This document shows, piece by piece, positions 1 to 13,760 of a stretch of DNA of 64,000 nucleotides. Position numbers and translations under genes: made by a program. The notes below the pieces were generated by a model. It saw only the letters and a list, made by a program, of their open reading frames with translations, did not search any database and was not told where the DNA came from. The stretch spans positions 248,001 through 312,000 of the forward strand of contig JBEUKZ010000111.1 of the NCBI GenBank assembly GCA_048128005.1, given 5' to 3'. The stretch comes from Veleropilina oligotropha. Lineage: Eukaryota. Every line of letters begins with the position of its first letter. Within the stretch, counting starts at the first letter, position 1.

Positions 1-99
1 AATACTGCGTGTATTAAACAACATAATTGATTCATTCAAGTCATTGAATGTGTTTATTTGGTTTTAAATTAAATTAAATTAAAACACCTGTATCTCTAA

Positions 100-268
100 T
101 GAGGCATTGACATTTGTTCAAGTTATGAATCACAGTTGTCCGCGACTGGCCGAAGAGGGAGGGTTTACCCGGGCGACTGGGGTTTCCTCCCGCGATACCA
201 CAGACTTGTCCTGCCTTGAACCTCGATGTTGTAAATGTAGAGGACATTAAGCATCATTCCTCCCTCCC
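100..268 (+). mobile_element. 5'-truncated copy of the dominant tRNA-derived SINE (V-domain-like core, (TCCC)n tail)
   Basis: TGAGGCATTG..GTTATGAATCACAGTTGTCCG..GGTTTCCTCCCGCGATA..GACATTAAGCAT closely matches the full copies at 38842-39112 and 49113-49372. Confidence 0.85.
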
Positions 269-1230
269 TAACTTGGGCAAAGTTACTTGGATAAAAATAG
301 GTATGGTTGCGATCGGCCGATACCAACTTGCCGCGAGGGTTCGAGGTCCACCGGCATGTGGCAAAGCTCTATTATAATAATACAATATGATGACGTGCAT
401 ATAATTATTATAGGCGACAATAAACATTTAATTCAAACAATTTGTCTATACATCATGACAATATGGTTATACAGTTTAAACACTTACCGATTGTTTATTA
501 TCTTCACGTTGGGGCAAGGTACATCTGGGGTGGGTGAGTGTTTTCATCGTTTATACAATCTGAAATAAAACATAATTGTCATATATGTCATGTAATGATG
601 GTGACGCTGAAGTCAGTACACTCGTGTTAAACTTTGTGACGGAGTGTATGCTCAAAAGACAACAATTTATGACCACAACCGTATGAACTTTAACTTCATT
701 AATTATGTCAAGGTAGTTTGTATTTTTACTTATATATATTTTTCCCAGGTGAAGTACTAAGTACATGTATTTGTTCGTGCTAATATGATGTACTTTTCGA
801 TATATTAGGTTTGTCCCATCACGTACGTGATTATTTGTGCAGTGGGACCTCGTAATCCGCTCTGGTCAGTGGGCTTCTTCGGGCTGGTGGGTTACTACGA
901 CATGATCATAGGGTGGTGTTCCGCAATACCGCCTGGCGGTCATGGCGTGACTTTTCGGTCTGGGGAGGGTCCGCCGGCCGGGGGGGGGGGTCTTGCTGGG
1001 CAGATGTTCGTGATGAGGCAAACCTGATTTATTTATTTATTTAAAAAATCAAACCTATGAATCGCATTACATTTAGTATCATTTGATTAACTTAACTATT
1101 TTATGTTTGTATGCCTACAATTATTTTATCACCATGTTATGTTTTATTGTCTTTTTCCAAAGCTATATCTGCTTGTATGTAGATGTTGTGCTTATTAAAA
1201 TGTATTGATTGATTGATATAATGATGTTAT

Positions 1231-3598
1231 CAGTATTGTGTGGATTCTGTCACCTCGGAAACCTCGAGTGACCTCGTAGTTTTTGCGGCGGATTAACCGC
1301 GAGAACGAAGTTCGAGCGGATTAATCCGCCGCAAAAACTACGACCTCACGAGAGGTTTCCGAGGTGACATAACCCACACAATACTGAAAACATTTTTATT
1401 ATATGCCACAATCAATCCTGTCAATTATTATACGAAAAAATACAAACCAGTTTATGTGAAGAAATTGTCGGTTTATTTTAAATAACGTGAACTATATGAC
1501 AACGTGGAACAGTATACATGTTATGCGGTTTTTATGAATGAAACTTACTACGTCTATTTTGACAGTAGGCCAATGAACAATTTGCGTTCTGCCGTATATT
1601 TTACAACAACACATTTATAAGCAAAAAATTTCTGACATGTATTAAAAATACCATTTATATAATATTTAACTAATTATTTACCATCTATCGCTTTTCGTGA
1701 ATCTAAATTAAGGCGATAAAATGGGAACTATTTCTTAGGCGAATGAACAAGGAACAAACAAGTAACGTGGTCAGACGTGTTCGTTTATAGAGTTGAATTA
1801 ATTGTTATGGCTATGCTGAAAGTGCAGGTGTATAAGGATATTTGAATGCTGCTTCGATGACTGACTGGAACGGGACTATTATGTATATGGTACGGGAGGA
1901 CTTCGGAACGTACGCGAGCTCGTGATTTGTTTTCCTGCCATGAAGACCGCCATTTGTTATATCTTCTTCTCCCGGTAATGTGCCGGGCTCAATGTTGAGC
2001 ATAATCGCATATTACCATTACGGATACTGCCTTCGCCAAGAGGTTGAGATTTGTACAAATTACCAGCAGCTTTTCTAGCGTGGTTTATGGACAGATAAAA
2101 GGGGTATTTCGGTGAGTTCTGAAGATCGTCTGGTCGCTACCGTTTGTATTCCCTGTACAGTTGTACGCCCAAATGGGGAACGCATTCTCGACGTTAGTTT
2201 ATTTATTTATTTATTTAATAAGCAACCAACGGACATAAAATCCAGTTACAGGTTACATAAAACACTATATACACAGTAAAACAAAGACATTAAGAGATAA
2301 AAATAATAGGTAAACATAAGTAAAAGTACAAGACATTGACTAGAGGAGATACAAAGAGATAACAATATTATAAAATTATCTAAGAAATCTTGAGACACGT
2401 CTTTTAAAAGTGACAGTAGAACCGAAAATATCGACGTCATTTTTTGCAGAAAACTCATTAAAATCTCTTAAAACCCTAGGCATAAAAGAAAATTTCCTAA
2501 CATTAATTCGGCTAAAAGGTGGTAAAAACAACTGAGAGTTTCTGAGACGCCTTGAGGGTGCATATAACGGTATTTGATTTAAGAGGTGTGAGCATTGAAA
2601 TCTAAAATTCAGTATACTTTGAAGCATTGAGAAGTCTAAGAATAAACGTCTATTTCTAAGAGTATGTAAGTTAAATATTGAACATTTATCAGAATAAGAA
2701 TATTGGGAATAGTCAACATTTGTTTTAAAGCACATGTAATTTAAAAAAGACTTTTGAACACGTTCAATCTTATCTATGTTACATTTTGTATACGGGGACC
2801 AAACAGGAGAACAATATTCTAGTTGACTTCTAACAAGAGAGTTGTATAGATTTAAAATAGCGTCTTTTGATTTAAAAGACTTACATGAGCGTTTCATAAA
2901 GCCAGACATTTTAGAAGCTTTTGCACATATATGATCAATATGGGGATTAAAACTCAGATTACAGCTTAATAATACACCAAGGTCCCTTATTGCATTAACA
3001 TTTTCTAATTCGGTACCCTGCAGTGAATATACATAGTCAATAGTTATACGTTTTGTTGTGAAGGTAATAGCTTTACATTTGGACAGATTCAAAGAAAGCT
3101 TCCATTTATTACACCAATCACACACCTTATCTAAATCATTTTGAAACAGTAAACAGTCGTCGATAGCTGATATAGTTTTGTATATTTTCGAGTCGTCTGC
3201 GTACATTGAGTACAGTACGTTAGTGGCGTACTGCTAATTAATTGTGCAAGTAAGTCTTATAAATAATTATTTTTTGCATACATGTACATCATTTTATTCT
3301 AATATATAATAATTAATTTCTAATTTTGTACATTTTTCTCTATGGTATTTTCATCTATGGTATTTTCATCAAATGACGTCTGCCTCTGTCCACTCAGATC
3401 GTTATTGGATGTGAACAGCTGTGTTTTGACACGTGACTGCTTTGGAAGTAGTTCCTTGAATATATAAGCAGGAGACGGTTTCTTGTGCATATATAAGCAG
3501 GAGACGTTTTCCGTTTCTGTATCAGCCGTGTCCGTGATACAGGCTCTCGGAAAACTGCGCGAGAATAGGCGTCAGAAAACGACTGGCATATAATAAAT
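1231..3598. mobile_element. Non-autonomous hairpin-ended DNA element (possibly Crypton-like), interrupted by a LINE
   Basis: ~155-bp near-perfect palindrome at 1231-1386; TTTATTATATGCCA near 1394 is inverted as TGGCATATAATAAA at 3585-3598. Superfamily assignment is inference. Confidence 0.55.
2199..3216 (-). mobile_element. 5'-truncated LINE (CR1/Jockey group), RT C-terminal half, with 8-bp TSD
   Basis: ORF 2376-3206: YADD, WKLSLNLSKC, RDLGV, LYNSLVRSQLEYCSPVWSP; (ATAA)n tail near 2199-2220; ACGTTAGT duplicated at 2191-2198 and 3217-3224. Confidence 0.92.
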
Positions 3599-4506
3599 AT
3601 TATTATTATCTCTAAATTAAGAAAGTCGATTTTAAATAAATTATTACTGTGCAGCTATTAAATAATATTATAAAATATTCGAAGTGTCTGCTAAATTATA
3701 AATCGTAAAGGATTCGAAATGAAAATGATTCTGTATATTTGGAAAGTTATGGAAATAATCAGTGTTTACAAACAGGCTATAAATCAGTTACTGGCAGTTT
3801 ATAGAACAGTATAATAATTATAATAAATATGTTACAATGAACCTGAAATCTAGCAAAATGACCGTACTAAAATTCAATAAGCCTCCTTACCTCAATACCT
3901 GTAAATACGGTAACAGACGAGAGCAGTTCATCCGTTCTCAATTTTCCATGGATTCCCTGATGTTTGATGAATCCGCGTTGCTATCTCCCCGTTTGATTTA
4001 ATAAATGATGCCGACGCTTTCATCAGCGTCAGGAAGCAGATATGTGGCACGCTTGTGGTAAAAATTCATCTCATTACAATCCTAGTTTTGAAAATGAAAT
4101 CTTCATGATGATTGATGCCAGGAAGACTACGGTCGGGACGACTCTGTGCGATTACACTGTGTTCATCGTTCGCTTCGTCGTAAAATACCGTCTCCGTGGA
4201 AAGTAATAAACATAAAATATATATTCTGGCGCGACATTAGAACATATTGTTACAACATTTCACGATATTATGTCGTAAATTTATAAACAAATGATGTAAT
4301 AGCAAATTAAAAGTAGGCTTTCACGATGTTTGGCATGCGTGTCAACGCTATCTTTGTGGTGTGAACAACCGCACCCGCGTCATTTTCGGTTGACTCAATG
4401 AAAATATGGATTATACGCGGCAGAATGAAAAACGTTAAAATGTACTTTTATTGCATTTTTCCCATTTGTTTGCATCTAGATGGTGTATATCATTGATATA
4501 TAAGCA

Positions 4507-7500
4507 TTAAAGGCAGGAAAATGACCTATGTGGTGTCATAAGAACTTTAACACAAGTTTTAACAGACTCATAAATGGCTTTTAACATATTGAACATGTTT
4601 GTACTTACACCAGAATTAATTAACTTAAACCATAACATGTCACGGGGAATACGATCAAATGCCTTTTGAAAATCAACGAAAGCGCAATATAATTTATTAT
4701 TGGCTGCCAACGTCTTTATCACTATAGAATATATAACAAAAATACAGTCGACTGTTGATTTGTGAGATTGAAAACAAAATTGAAATTCACTAATTTTATT
4801 AAATTTAATCGCCCATTTATTTATTCTTGCATTCAATATATTTGACGTAATATTTTCCATTACACTCATTATATTTATACCACGATAGTTGTCCACGTTA
4901 TTAGGATCACCTTTATTATGAATTGGGACAATGATTCAAGTAGCCCAGTTTATTGTATATAGGCCAGAATCAAATATAATGTTGAAAAGATGTAAAAGAA
5001 TAGGAGATATTATATCAGCACACTTTATGAATATTTCTCAAACTAATTCGTTCACTCCTGAACTTTTTTCACTTTTTAATCTACCAATCGCAGTTTCGAT
5101 TTCGTCTATTGTTATAGCAGCATCTACTTCATTATCTGTATTATTATTCGGCATATCCAAGTTGCCCATGTTAATATCTGTATTAGATATATCAGTATAA
5201 ATCTTTTTTAAATGCTCATAGAAGTCTTCTAACCTTATGTTAGTTGTACTTAATTTAGATTTTGTGCTTTTATTTATTTATTTCCAAAAGTGTTTTGGAT
5301 TATTTCTAGCAGTTTCACACAACTTGATGCCATTTGCTCGTTGATATTGAAATGTAGCCTTCTTTTTATCATGTTATCATTTTTCTTTGCTTTGTGAACA
5401 TATACCTCGTTTATTGCGTCGGGTTTTTGCAATGTCTATTTCTGTAATAATTATATTCATCCCGTGCCGTTTTGCAATTTTCGTCAAACCAGGCATTATG
5501 ACTTCGCTTCGGAATGTTATTCCTCGTAGATGTATATCTTCGTTTCCTCTGTCCAAATATTTTAAATGTTTCATCGTATAATACTTTAGTAAAATCATTA
5601 TTAAAGTTATTAACATCGTCACGGTTAATGGTTTCGGCCGCTCTAATATTAAGTATATCATCATTTAATTTAGTCAGAGCATTTATAACCAACGTCCTAT
5701 AATCTTCAACATAATCTATATTCCAATTAAAGTAAGTATATTCCCAGATTTCGTTTATAAGCGTATTTTCATTAACATATGATTGAATACGCAAAGTTAA
5801 TGGTGTATGAACAGACCCGGACATACAAGGTAAGATGGCAAAATGAGTAATTTCATTTAGAGAAGGGATTTAAAATAGAACATAGTCGACTAAGCTCTCC
5901 CCATTGTGTGTGTAACACGTAAAATCACCAGACGAGACACTGCCCAGTCGACCGTTTGCAATCAACATCCCCGTGCTTCGGCAAAGGTCAATTAGTTTCG
6001 CCATGTCCATTTGCTGTCATATCTCATGTTGTTCTTCGCGGAAGTGCGCTATAGTCCGTTTCTAATTAGGGCTTCAAGCTCTTTCAAGCTTGAAGCCCTA
6101 TTGAAATTGTACCGGTTATTATTCTTATTCTGACGTTTTTTTGTGGGCACTTTAGCGCGAAAACGGCTATAGCTACAGCTTTCAAAATTCATGTGTGCTT
6201 GGGCACATCATTGAAGCATTGCCTCGTTCTATTTTCAAGTTTCGGGATTTTATGCTTTGGTCGTAATCTTCAATTTTGTAAAAAAAATGACCTCTTTTCA
6301 AAAACGATATAACTCTTACACGGCTTTCGAGATCGAGACAAAATCTTCAAAGGCATGATCTAGACTATTGAGACAACAATCTCTTGGAAATGAAATTTTC
6401 ATTTTTCCAATGCTAAGATCGCTACGGGCGTCCTAATCTTGACAAAATTTTGAAGTTTTTTCAATTTTTCATTTCTGCAGTATCTTTCAATGCACTCCAC
6501 GAAATCTTTCCAATCTTCCAGGGTGAGTGCGCATCGATATCAAGTAATGTTTGCCGCAAAATTTTAGCCAATAAATGCCATGGTTTCGTCGCAATCTTTG
6601 ATTTTTTGAAAACATTAAAATGCGCTTTTCTCAGAACTGAGTAGCGTGATCTTATCGACACTTGGTAGTTTTGACAAAGCATTATATCGGTATTTGTTGT
6701 TCTAATGGAATACTTTGTGAGACAAATTAAAAAGGAGTTATGAAGACATTAAATTTCAAAATTAAATTGACTGTAACTTCTTTAATTTTCATTTATATGA
6801 AACGTGACGCAATTCATTTTATTCGTATCGAAAATATCTAATGTAATATCTATAGAATACATCGCTAAAATGAGTTGCTTGAGAGTTATTAGACTTAGTT
6901 TTTTTAGATGAATATTGCTTCATAGCGCCTCTAAAAATCGTCCATTTTCTTCCAGATTTTCGCATAAAATATACTATATAAAGATCGTTATATTAGAGAA
7001 TTATGACAAGAATACAATAAGTACTTTCATTGTTTACAAAATACTATTTTATTTCCTCGTCTCATTTCGGCGCGACCAGCTCAGTGCTAATTGCCTTATC
7101 AGATGAAGTAGGCAGTTTATGAGCCTGTCTCTTTGAGGTGTCATAAAGCCGCGCGCCAACCCTGTCCAGTGGACAGCAAGGCCCTTGAGAAGTTCTGCTA
7201 TCAGGCTTAAGTAAACATTTAGCCAACAGAAGGCTACATGATTCAGTAACTGTTAATATATGGTGAAAACATTGATATTCTGTTGGTCAGTCCAGTTGCG
7301 CATTCATTATTATAGCTACTTCTTAATTTCCATCATAGGTTAATGCACAAGATAATAGATTTAAAAACTACTATACGGCGTAGAAATCTAAGATTGGCGG
7401 CATTCGATTCAGAGTGGCCATATGTATATCTTAAAATATAAAAAATATTTTTTTAAATTTAGTATTTTTTTGTAATTTTTTTTTTTTTAAATTAAACTTT

Positions 7501-7920
7501 TTTATTTTTTTGTATTTTACGTCTTTTTTTATTTCGTTTATCTGATTGAAGCCCTCACAGCTGCTCGCAGCTTTAATTCTACTTAGTTATTTGCATGGCG
7601 ATCATAGTTAACAATAAAATCATCACAATCACCAATCCCACTATTCTAATCTCCCAATATATAATTGCTTCCTTATTGTCTGTATATAACTAAATCTTCT
7701 TCTAGAATATCAAACATATCGACATCACTATCTCTAGATGTAGGAGGTATATACATTAAACAAATTATAATATCAGTTTCACATTTAAAAAACATTTTTA
7801 CAATTTTATACATAACAATCCATGTTGATTTTTTTAAGTACTTCGACGCCTTATAATAATGAGTTTTATAAAATATAGCTAAAGCACCTCTATATCTACC
7901 CTTAGTATTTTTGTTAGTAC
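4507..7920 (-). mobile_element. Degenerate APE-RT LINE (RTE-X-like), split by a Helentron-type insertion
   Basis: RT motifs NYRGI and CAFVDFQKAFD (4507-4896); WFDENCK linker (5411-5824); endonuclease remnants CLMYIPP and ILGD*NS (7600-7900); stops and frameshifts. Confidence 0.8.
6064..7578 (+). mobile_element. Non-autonomous Helentron (HINE/DINE-1-like)
   Basis: 5' TTAGGGCTTC..GAAGCCCT palindrome then (ATTCTT) microsatellite; 3' GAAGCCCT followed by AGCTGC-TC-GCAGCT stem-loop; T-rich ends; LINE sequence continues on both sides. Confidence 0.75.
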
Positions 7921-7947
7921 CCGAAACAGTAATAGCTTCGTTGCCTT

Positions 7948-8360
7948 CACACTGGAGAGAAAACATATAGATGTGCTGTGTTTGATCAGACATTTGCTCT
8001 TTCAAATACTCTGAATAAACACATGCTAGTCCATACTAAGGAGACACCACACCAATGCGCTTTGTGCGATAAAGCATTTTCACGAGCAGGTGCTCTGAAG
8101 GAGCACATACGAATCCATACTGGGGTGAAACCATATAAATGTGTTGATCGTATGCAGACGTTTTCGCAATTATCTAATATAAAGATGCACATGTGAACCC
8201 ATACTCGAGTGGAGTCCTGCAAATGTTCTGTGTGTAATGATACTTTTTCACAAGCGGGCAGTCTGAATGCGCACATTCGAATCCATACGGAGCCATGATA
8301 ATGTGTTGTATGTAATAAGATATTATACAAGCGAGTCGTCTTAGTGTGAACATCCATATA
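7948..8360 (+). pseudogene. Decayed tandem C2H2 (Kruppel-type) zinc-finger array, about 5 fingers
   Basis: HTGEKTYRC, HTKETPHQCALCDKAFSRAGALKEHIRIHTGVKPYKC, CSVCNDTFSQAGSLNAHIRIH; in-frame stops and lost Cys residues. Confidence 0.85.
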
Positions 8361-8634
8361 TTGTCGTGTTATATTCTTCAAAAATGCATTATCATATGTA
8401 ATTAACGGAAATATTTATGCATGCTTACACGATTCGTTTTCCTAAAAGAATATTCATTATTTCTTGTTTATATAACATTTTCCCGTTATTATAATTGAAT
8501 ACACACACGTAGTGTGGCTAAACAGTACATGATCCCCAGGACCACGTGTATTGGTCTTTTCTGCGTTGCTTTGTTCCTGGTCCCACCATGCGTTCCACCC
8601 AACATGCACACACATTTGCGTATAACTCTCACTA

Positions 8635-8990
8635 TAATAATAAATAATTCATAATAATAAATAAATAAATTATAGATATATATAGCGCCAGTATCAAACG
8701 ATTCTACTCAGCAGCGCTTTGAGTCCAAGTCTCTGAGACTCCGGGCCATTTTATCCGTAATGAACATTGAATGATGCGCATAATGGTAGTTTGAGGACTA
8801 CTTGTTAAAAGCCTATCCAAAAAGATAGATATCGAGTCGAGACTTTAAATTTACAAGGTCCTTCGATTCCTTGATGTCTATGGGCAGTTTATTCCACGGA
8901 ACAGGACCGGCTATGGAGAAGAATTGGTCCCCAAGAGGCTCTGGCATGCTTCATGGCGCTACAAAAGGTTATGGGTTGTCGATCACGTGT
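8635..8990 (-). mobile_element. L2-clade LINE 3' end fragment
   Basis: Minus strand reads GDQFFSIAGPVPWNKLPIDIK..LKSRLDIYL; tail AAGCGC..GGCGCTATATA followed by (TTA/TTTA)n. Confidence 0.75.
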
Positions 8991-10321
8991 GCATCGCCCG
9001 AGCAGAGCCTGGATGTAGAGCGGCGCTATTCAATTCAACAGTAATTAGTTTTTATCGGTGCGGTCGACCATTTAACCAGTGATATTTGTTCTAATGCTTT
9101 TTAAGGATACTATATTTGCACTTCCCTCCACACGTTCTCCATTTTTTAAATACCTTTTTATAATGGAATGAGTGTATTAGAAGATACCATGCGGATGTAT
9201 TTGTACGATGATATTCTCTTTGATGGTCTTCTGCATCATGCCATTTTGTCAATTCCACGTGTTGATATGTTTGGAATTACTGGTCATATGACAAGGAATA
9301 CCATGTTATTTATATATTTAGCATACGAAATCGCAACGAAAATCGTTGAGACACGATCAGATCCTATATCGACGATTTTCGGTGCGATTTTGTACATGTC
9401 GTTGCGAATTTCGGATCGCGTCGGAAAGGCTCCGTGGCAATGCGTTGTTTCTAACATAACGAAGATCGTTACCAAAACCGCTTGCGAAAATCGCATCTGG
9501 TGTGAAAATGCCTGTAGTCCATTCAATTCGATGGCAACATCATATCTGCTAATTGTTTGCTCACCATGAACGACAAAGTATAACCCCTTCGTTATTAATT
9601 AATATCTGGTTCTCTTGTACAATTAAGCCAAAGACGATCGAAATAAATGTATAGGAAAGATAAACAGTGGCGTAAATAAATACATGATATCTTTATCAAC
9701 AGTATACAAGAGCCTAAAATTGTAATTGACAGTCCAATACATATAAGAAGTTGTTTTTTTTTTATTACGTACATGCAAACTTACAGAAAAATACATTAAT
9801 GATGATTCCTTACATTTGTATCTTGTCTAATTTAATCCCTTTATGGTCTTAACAAAACATCTCCCGGACACACAGGGAGACTCTCTCATCTCCCGGACAC
9901 ACAGGGAGACTCCCTGCGTCGATCAACTATTGGGACCGCTTTCGAGCCCACAAATGCGAACCGAGCGGACTCGGTACTAGTGAATTGAGAGGAACAAGTC
10001 CAATGAAATGATGTTTTTATTTTATTTATATAAACCATATTAATATTCAGTTATAGATAACAATATTTATTACATAATGATATATCTTATAGCATCTGGT
10101 GACATATGTATGCTGTGAAAGGTAACTTTAAATGGAAGCTAATGCCCAAACAGAGGGTCGGATGCACTCCAGTTAGGAAGAGTGATCAGAGAAGGTTGAT
10201 TTTGCCGGGATTTTCTTCCATCTGAACAATGAACATATCATGGTACGAACCTGCAGGCTGTTAAAAAGAGGACATTTAACAACGTTCGAAATCTACGACT
10301 TAATAAAATGCACGTAAAGTG

Positions 10322-10775
10322 TCAATACGACAGGACACCAAGACGACGAAACGGCAAGATACCAATCGACAGGACTACGTGACGAGAGGACGACAGGACG
10401 TCAAGACGACAAAACGACAGGACGACAAGACAATGGGACGACAAAATGCATAGGACGACACGATGACAGAACGACAAGACAATAGGACGACAAAATAAAA
10501 TACATAGGACGACAAGATGACAGAACGACAAGACAATAGGACGACAAAATACATAGGACGACAAGATGGCAGGACAGCAAGACGACAGGACGTAAATACG
10601 ACCAAACAACAAGATGACAGGACGACAAGACAATAGGACGACAAAATAGAGCGAAAAGACGACAACGTGAATGCGCCAAGACTACAATAATTACAGTCTG
10701 TCATTTTATTTTTCTGGCGCGTCTGGTCGTCTTTTCTCATAAGAATTTTCGTCTTGTCGTTCTGCCGTCTTGGCG
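10322..10775. repeat. Irregular short-period repeat (GACGACAAGAC/AGGACGACA), probably subterminal repeats of a TIR element
   Basis: Many GACGACA variants at 10322-10670; inverted copies (TTCGTCTTGTCGTT) near 10748-10770. Confidence 0.7.
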
Positions 10776-11401
10776 GGGTGCCAGGTTGACAAGACACACG
10801 ACATAAATGATCCTCCATAATAGCTAGTATAAACGTAAAGCGCTACACGTAACAATAATATTATACAAAGACAATGCTACCTTGCTTGAAAAACCAGACA
10901 TAATATAATATATTGATATTATAACCGGGTTTGAATCCCTTCACTTTTTAGCCGTGTTAATGCGATTTCATATCCAAACAATGACACTTCGGACGCGGTA
11001 GGGATAAAACATCGCGATAATATTATTACATTTATCGCGATGATATATTTTGTTCACATGCATAATATTTCAGGGTTACGATCCAAATGATGTATTTCCT
11101 GATCGGAACTCTTTAAGAGTACAAGGTGTACAATATGTTCAATGATATGCCGTGCTATTTTGCAACATATGCGATCGAAATGCGATAATTGTCTGGATTC
11201 ACGAAGTTATAATATAATGCATTCTGTCATACATGCCGACACTGATATATGTTCACGTTTACATTGTAACGGGTTTGCTAAGGTGGATGTTTTTCTTTCA
11301 AAAAACAATAATTAGTGCTTAAAATTTAAAATAACGAGGAGTACATACTTCTTCATATCAGAGCCATATGATATCTTAATCGTCTAGACGGCATTAGTTG
11401 A

Positions 11402-12562
11402 TTATGTAGCCGGTTCATTTGCACGTTTTGCACTAGGAACATCAGTTTTCCTCCAAAAGAAAATAACTTGGGCAACTTCGTCTCTGAATCCTGGACCAAG
11501 CATCAGAAACCAAAAGAAATTGCTGCAAGAATTAAACGTGAATAATGCTCGAAAACCAAACATCATCCGCAGGTCTGAAAGTTTATCCGGAGTTTCACAC
11601 ATCAGGGTGCGCTGTCTAATTATCCCAAAATTGTTGAGAATGACGCTGGTGTAGGCGGGAATGTTGAGGATAAAGAAGCTCATCGTGATGCAGAATAAGA
11701 GAATAGTTATTCGTCGGCTTTTGGTCTCGCTTGTCATGCTTTGGCGCAGTTTGTTCGCCTTGCGAACCTCAATCATAAGCAAGACGTTGAAAACAGCAAT
11801 CGTCACCCACGCTCCGTAGACGCCAATCACGAACTGAGTTGTAATCAAGAATTGCTGCAACGATGAATCTAGACGGAACCGTGCACTTCTAATGTTCCAG
11901 ATATAGTCACCGTTTGGTTCATGACAATCGATAACTTCGAAAATGATGAAAAATACGAAGTTCCAAGCAAACGTAGCAGCAACTAGAGACACCGCCAGCG
12001 TCCAGTTTAGTTTTTTCGTCAGCCAGATCTTTGATTGGAAGGGTTTTTTTATGCTGATAAAGCGAGTCACGGTCAGGGCAGCCGTTAGTAAACCACACGA
12101 ATTCACAGTCGCCCGGAGTATCGGATTAACATAACTTGTATAGTAATTATCGAATGTTCTGCAGATAAATACTACGTCAATGATATGCTTCAGGCCAAAA
12201 AACATGTTCGATGGAAAATGGTTCAACGCTATGAAGATGTTGTCGCACACAGCTAAGCATATCAGATACGGAGCAGCTGTAGCGAAGCCCTTAGTTTTTC
12301 GGAGAACAACAATAAAAATTGTGTTGCCGCCCAATCCTGCCAACGCAACCAAGGTAGTTATCACGCCGAATAGAACGAAGTCAAACGAGATCCAGCCTGG
12401 ATTGGCGTCAAACATAACGAACGCATCATCCCATAATTTCAATTGTCGTCCCCTAAACATGCAACGTTTACTTGATGAAATAATTGATGAATTCTCCAAA
12501 TCAGTAATATTGCTGTTTATTTCTGACGAAATGTTGGCTAGGAAATCGACAGTAGATGACAT
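11402..12562 (-). CDS. Intronless class A (rhodopsin-like) GPCR, FMRFamide/peptide-receptor-like or chemoreceptor-like subfamily
   Basis: 386-aa open ORF with seven hydrophobic segments: TM1 GN (GLGGNT), TM2 YLICLAVCD, TM3 TVTRFISIKKPF, TM5 WVTIAVFN, TM6 FFILNIP, TM7 NSCSNFFWF; N-terminal N-glycosylation sequons. Confidence 0.93.
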   Translation of the reverse strand: MSSTVDFLANISSEINSNITDLENSSIISSSKRCMFRGRQLKLWDDAFVMFDANPGWISFDFVLFGVITTLVALAGLGGNTIFIVVLRKTKGFATAAPYLICLAVCDNIFIALNHFPSNMFFGLKHIIDVVFICRTFDNYYTSYVNPILRATVNSCGLLTAALTVTRFISIKKPFQSKIWLTKKLNWTLAVSLVAATFAWNFVFFIIFEVIDCHEPNGDYIWNIRSARFRLDSSLQQFLITTQFVIGVYGAWVTIAVFNVLLMIEVRKANKLRQSMTSETKSRRITILLFCITMSFFILNIPAYTSVILNNFGIIRQRTLMCETPDKLSDLRMMFGFRALFTFNSCSNFFWFLMLGPGFRDEVAQVIFFWRKTDVPSAKRANEPAT

Positions 12563-13760
12563 TTTGATGTTTGTGGCCTGTTATATTCAATATCTGAAAG
12601 TTCTTGGAAATATGTTTGTTCTCCAAATAATCTACAAGTCGTATGGTTTGTTAACCTAATACTCACAGGGTCTGTTTCAGTTCTTTTTACAGGAATTCTT
12701 CTTTCTCCGATAATCTGATATTGATAATAAGAACGTTATTGTACCAGTCGGCGTTATCGGTATGCGTTCATTATATTGAATTCACTTGAATATAAGTGAA
12801 ATAACAAATTGATCCTCTCTATTAAGGGGCGTCGACAACCATCCGATATTTATGACAAACGTACATTTTTAATTTAGCTACACTACGGTGTACTTCTATT
12901 GGTTGTAACGATACACATTTTAAATGTGTGTAGCGTACTAAATGGACCACCGTGATTGATCGTATTGGCCAATCAAAGTTACTCAATAACGATGAATATT
13001 AGAAACGCCCATTGAACACCAGATTGGCACTATAAATGGCGTCAGTGGTTAGATCAATTCCCGCAATATATCTGATGTAAACCATAATTCTATGTTCTAG
13101 AAAAACAAGGTTATGCATTATTTATACAATATTATATTCAATATCGTTGTTAGAGTAAAATGTGGTGTCAATGTAAGCATCACCAAATAATATGTATGCC
13201 AAATATTGCTTGGAGCAACTCAAACTTCAAACGTCCACCTTAACAAAATTTCTATATCCACACGTGATTTATATTATAAATCACTTGCAATGGAGAGGAC
13301 AGGACCAATAGAGTCGCTGCTTATACTCATGGATGGAAAACAGTGCACAGAAAAAAAGCCATATGAGCCCATAGAAAATATTTAAACAAAATGTCTATGT
13401 TCAAAAACATCTAATTTTAAGCAATAATTTTTAGCCTACATTATATTTAATTCAATACCATTTCCAGAGTATCAGTTGACATTCATATTATCAATTATAT
13501 ATATACGTTAAAAATCATCGACATTATTATAACAAAATTATTCAATATCTCTTTCAGAGTATCAGCCCATACAAAAGCATACACATATATATGTATGATA
13601 AAGAGTATCATAGGCAAGCTGTATACATTCAATTCGAAACTTTAACCGAATTGTTTACGGACGCACGGGTGACGGACGGACAGGGCAACAACAATATTCC
13701 CCGCTATCGGGCGTGGATAAAACCCCATTTGTAGTTTTCTGGTCATCTATAACCCGCCCT

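Noticed and set aside
3890..4200. Exon-like segment ending at a minus-strand splice donor
   Set aside because: The frames I read are interrupted by stops and no motif was recognised.
9168..9569. Possible exon (hydrophobic N-terminus on the minus strand)
   Set aside because: No recognisable domain, and stops follow quickly; cannot be supported without a homology search.
10322..10818. Cys/Val/Leu-rich ORFs
   Set aside because: Translations of the GACGACA repeat.
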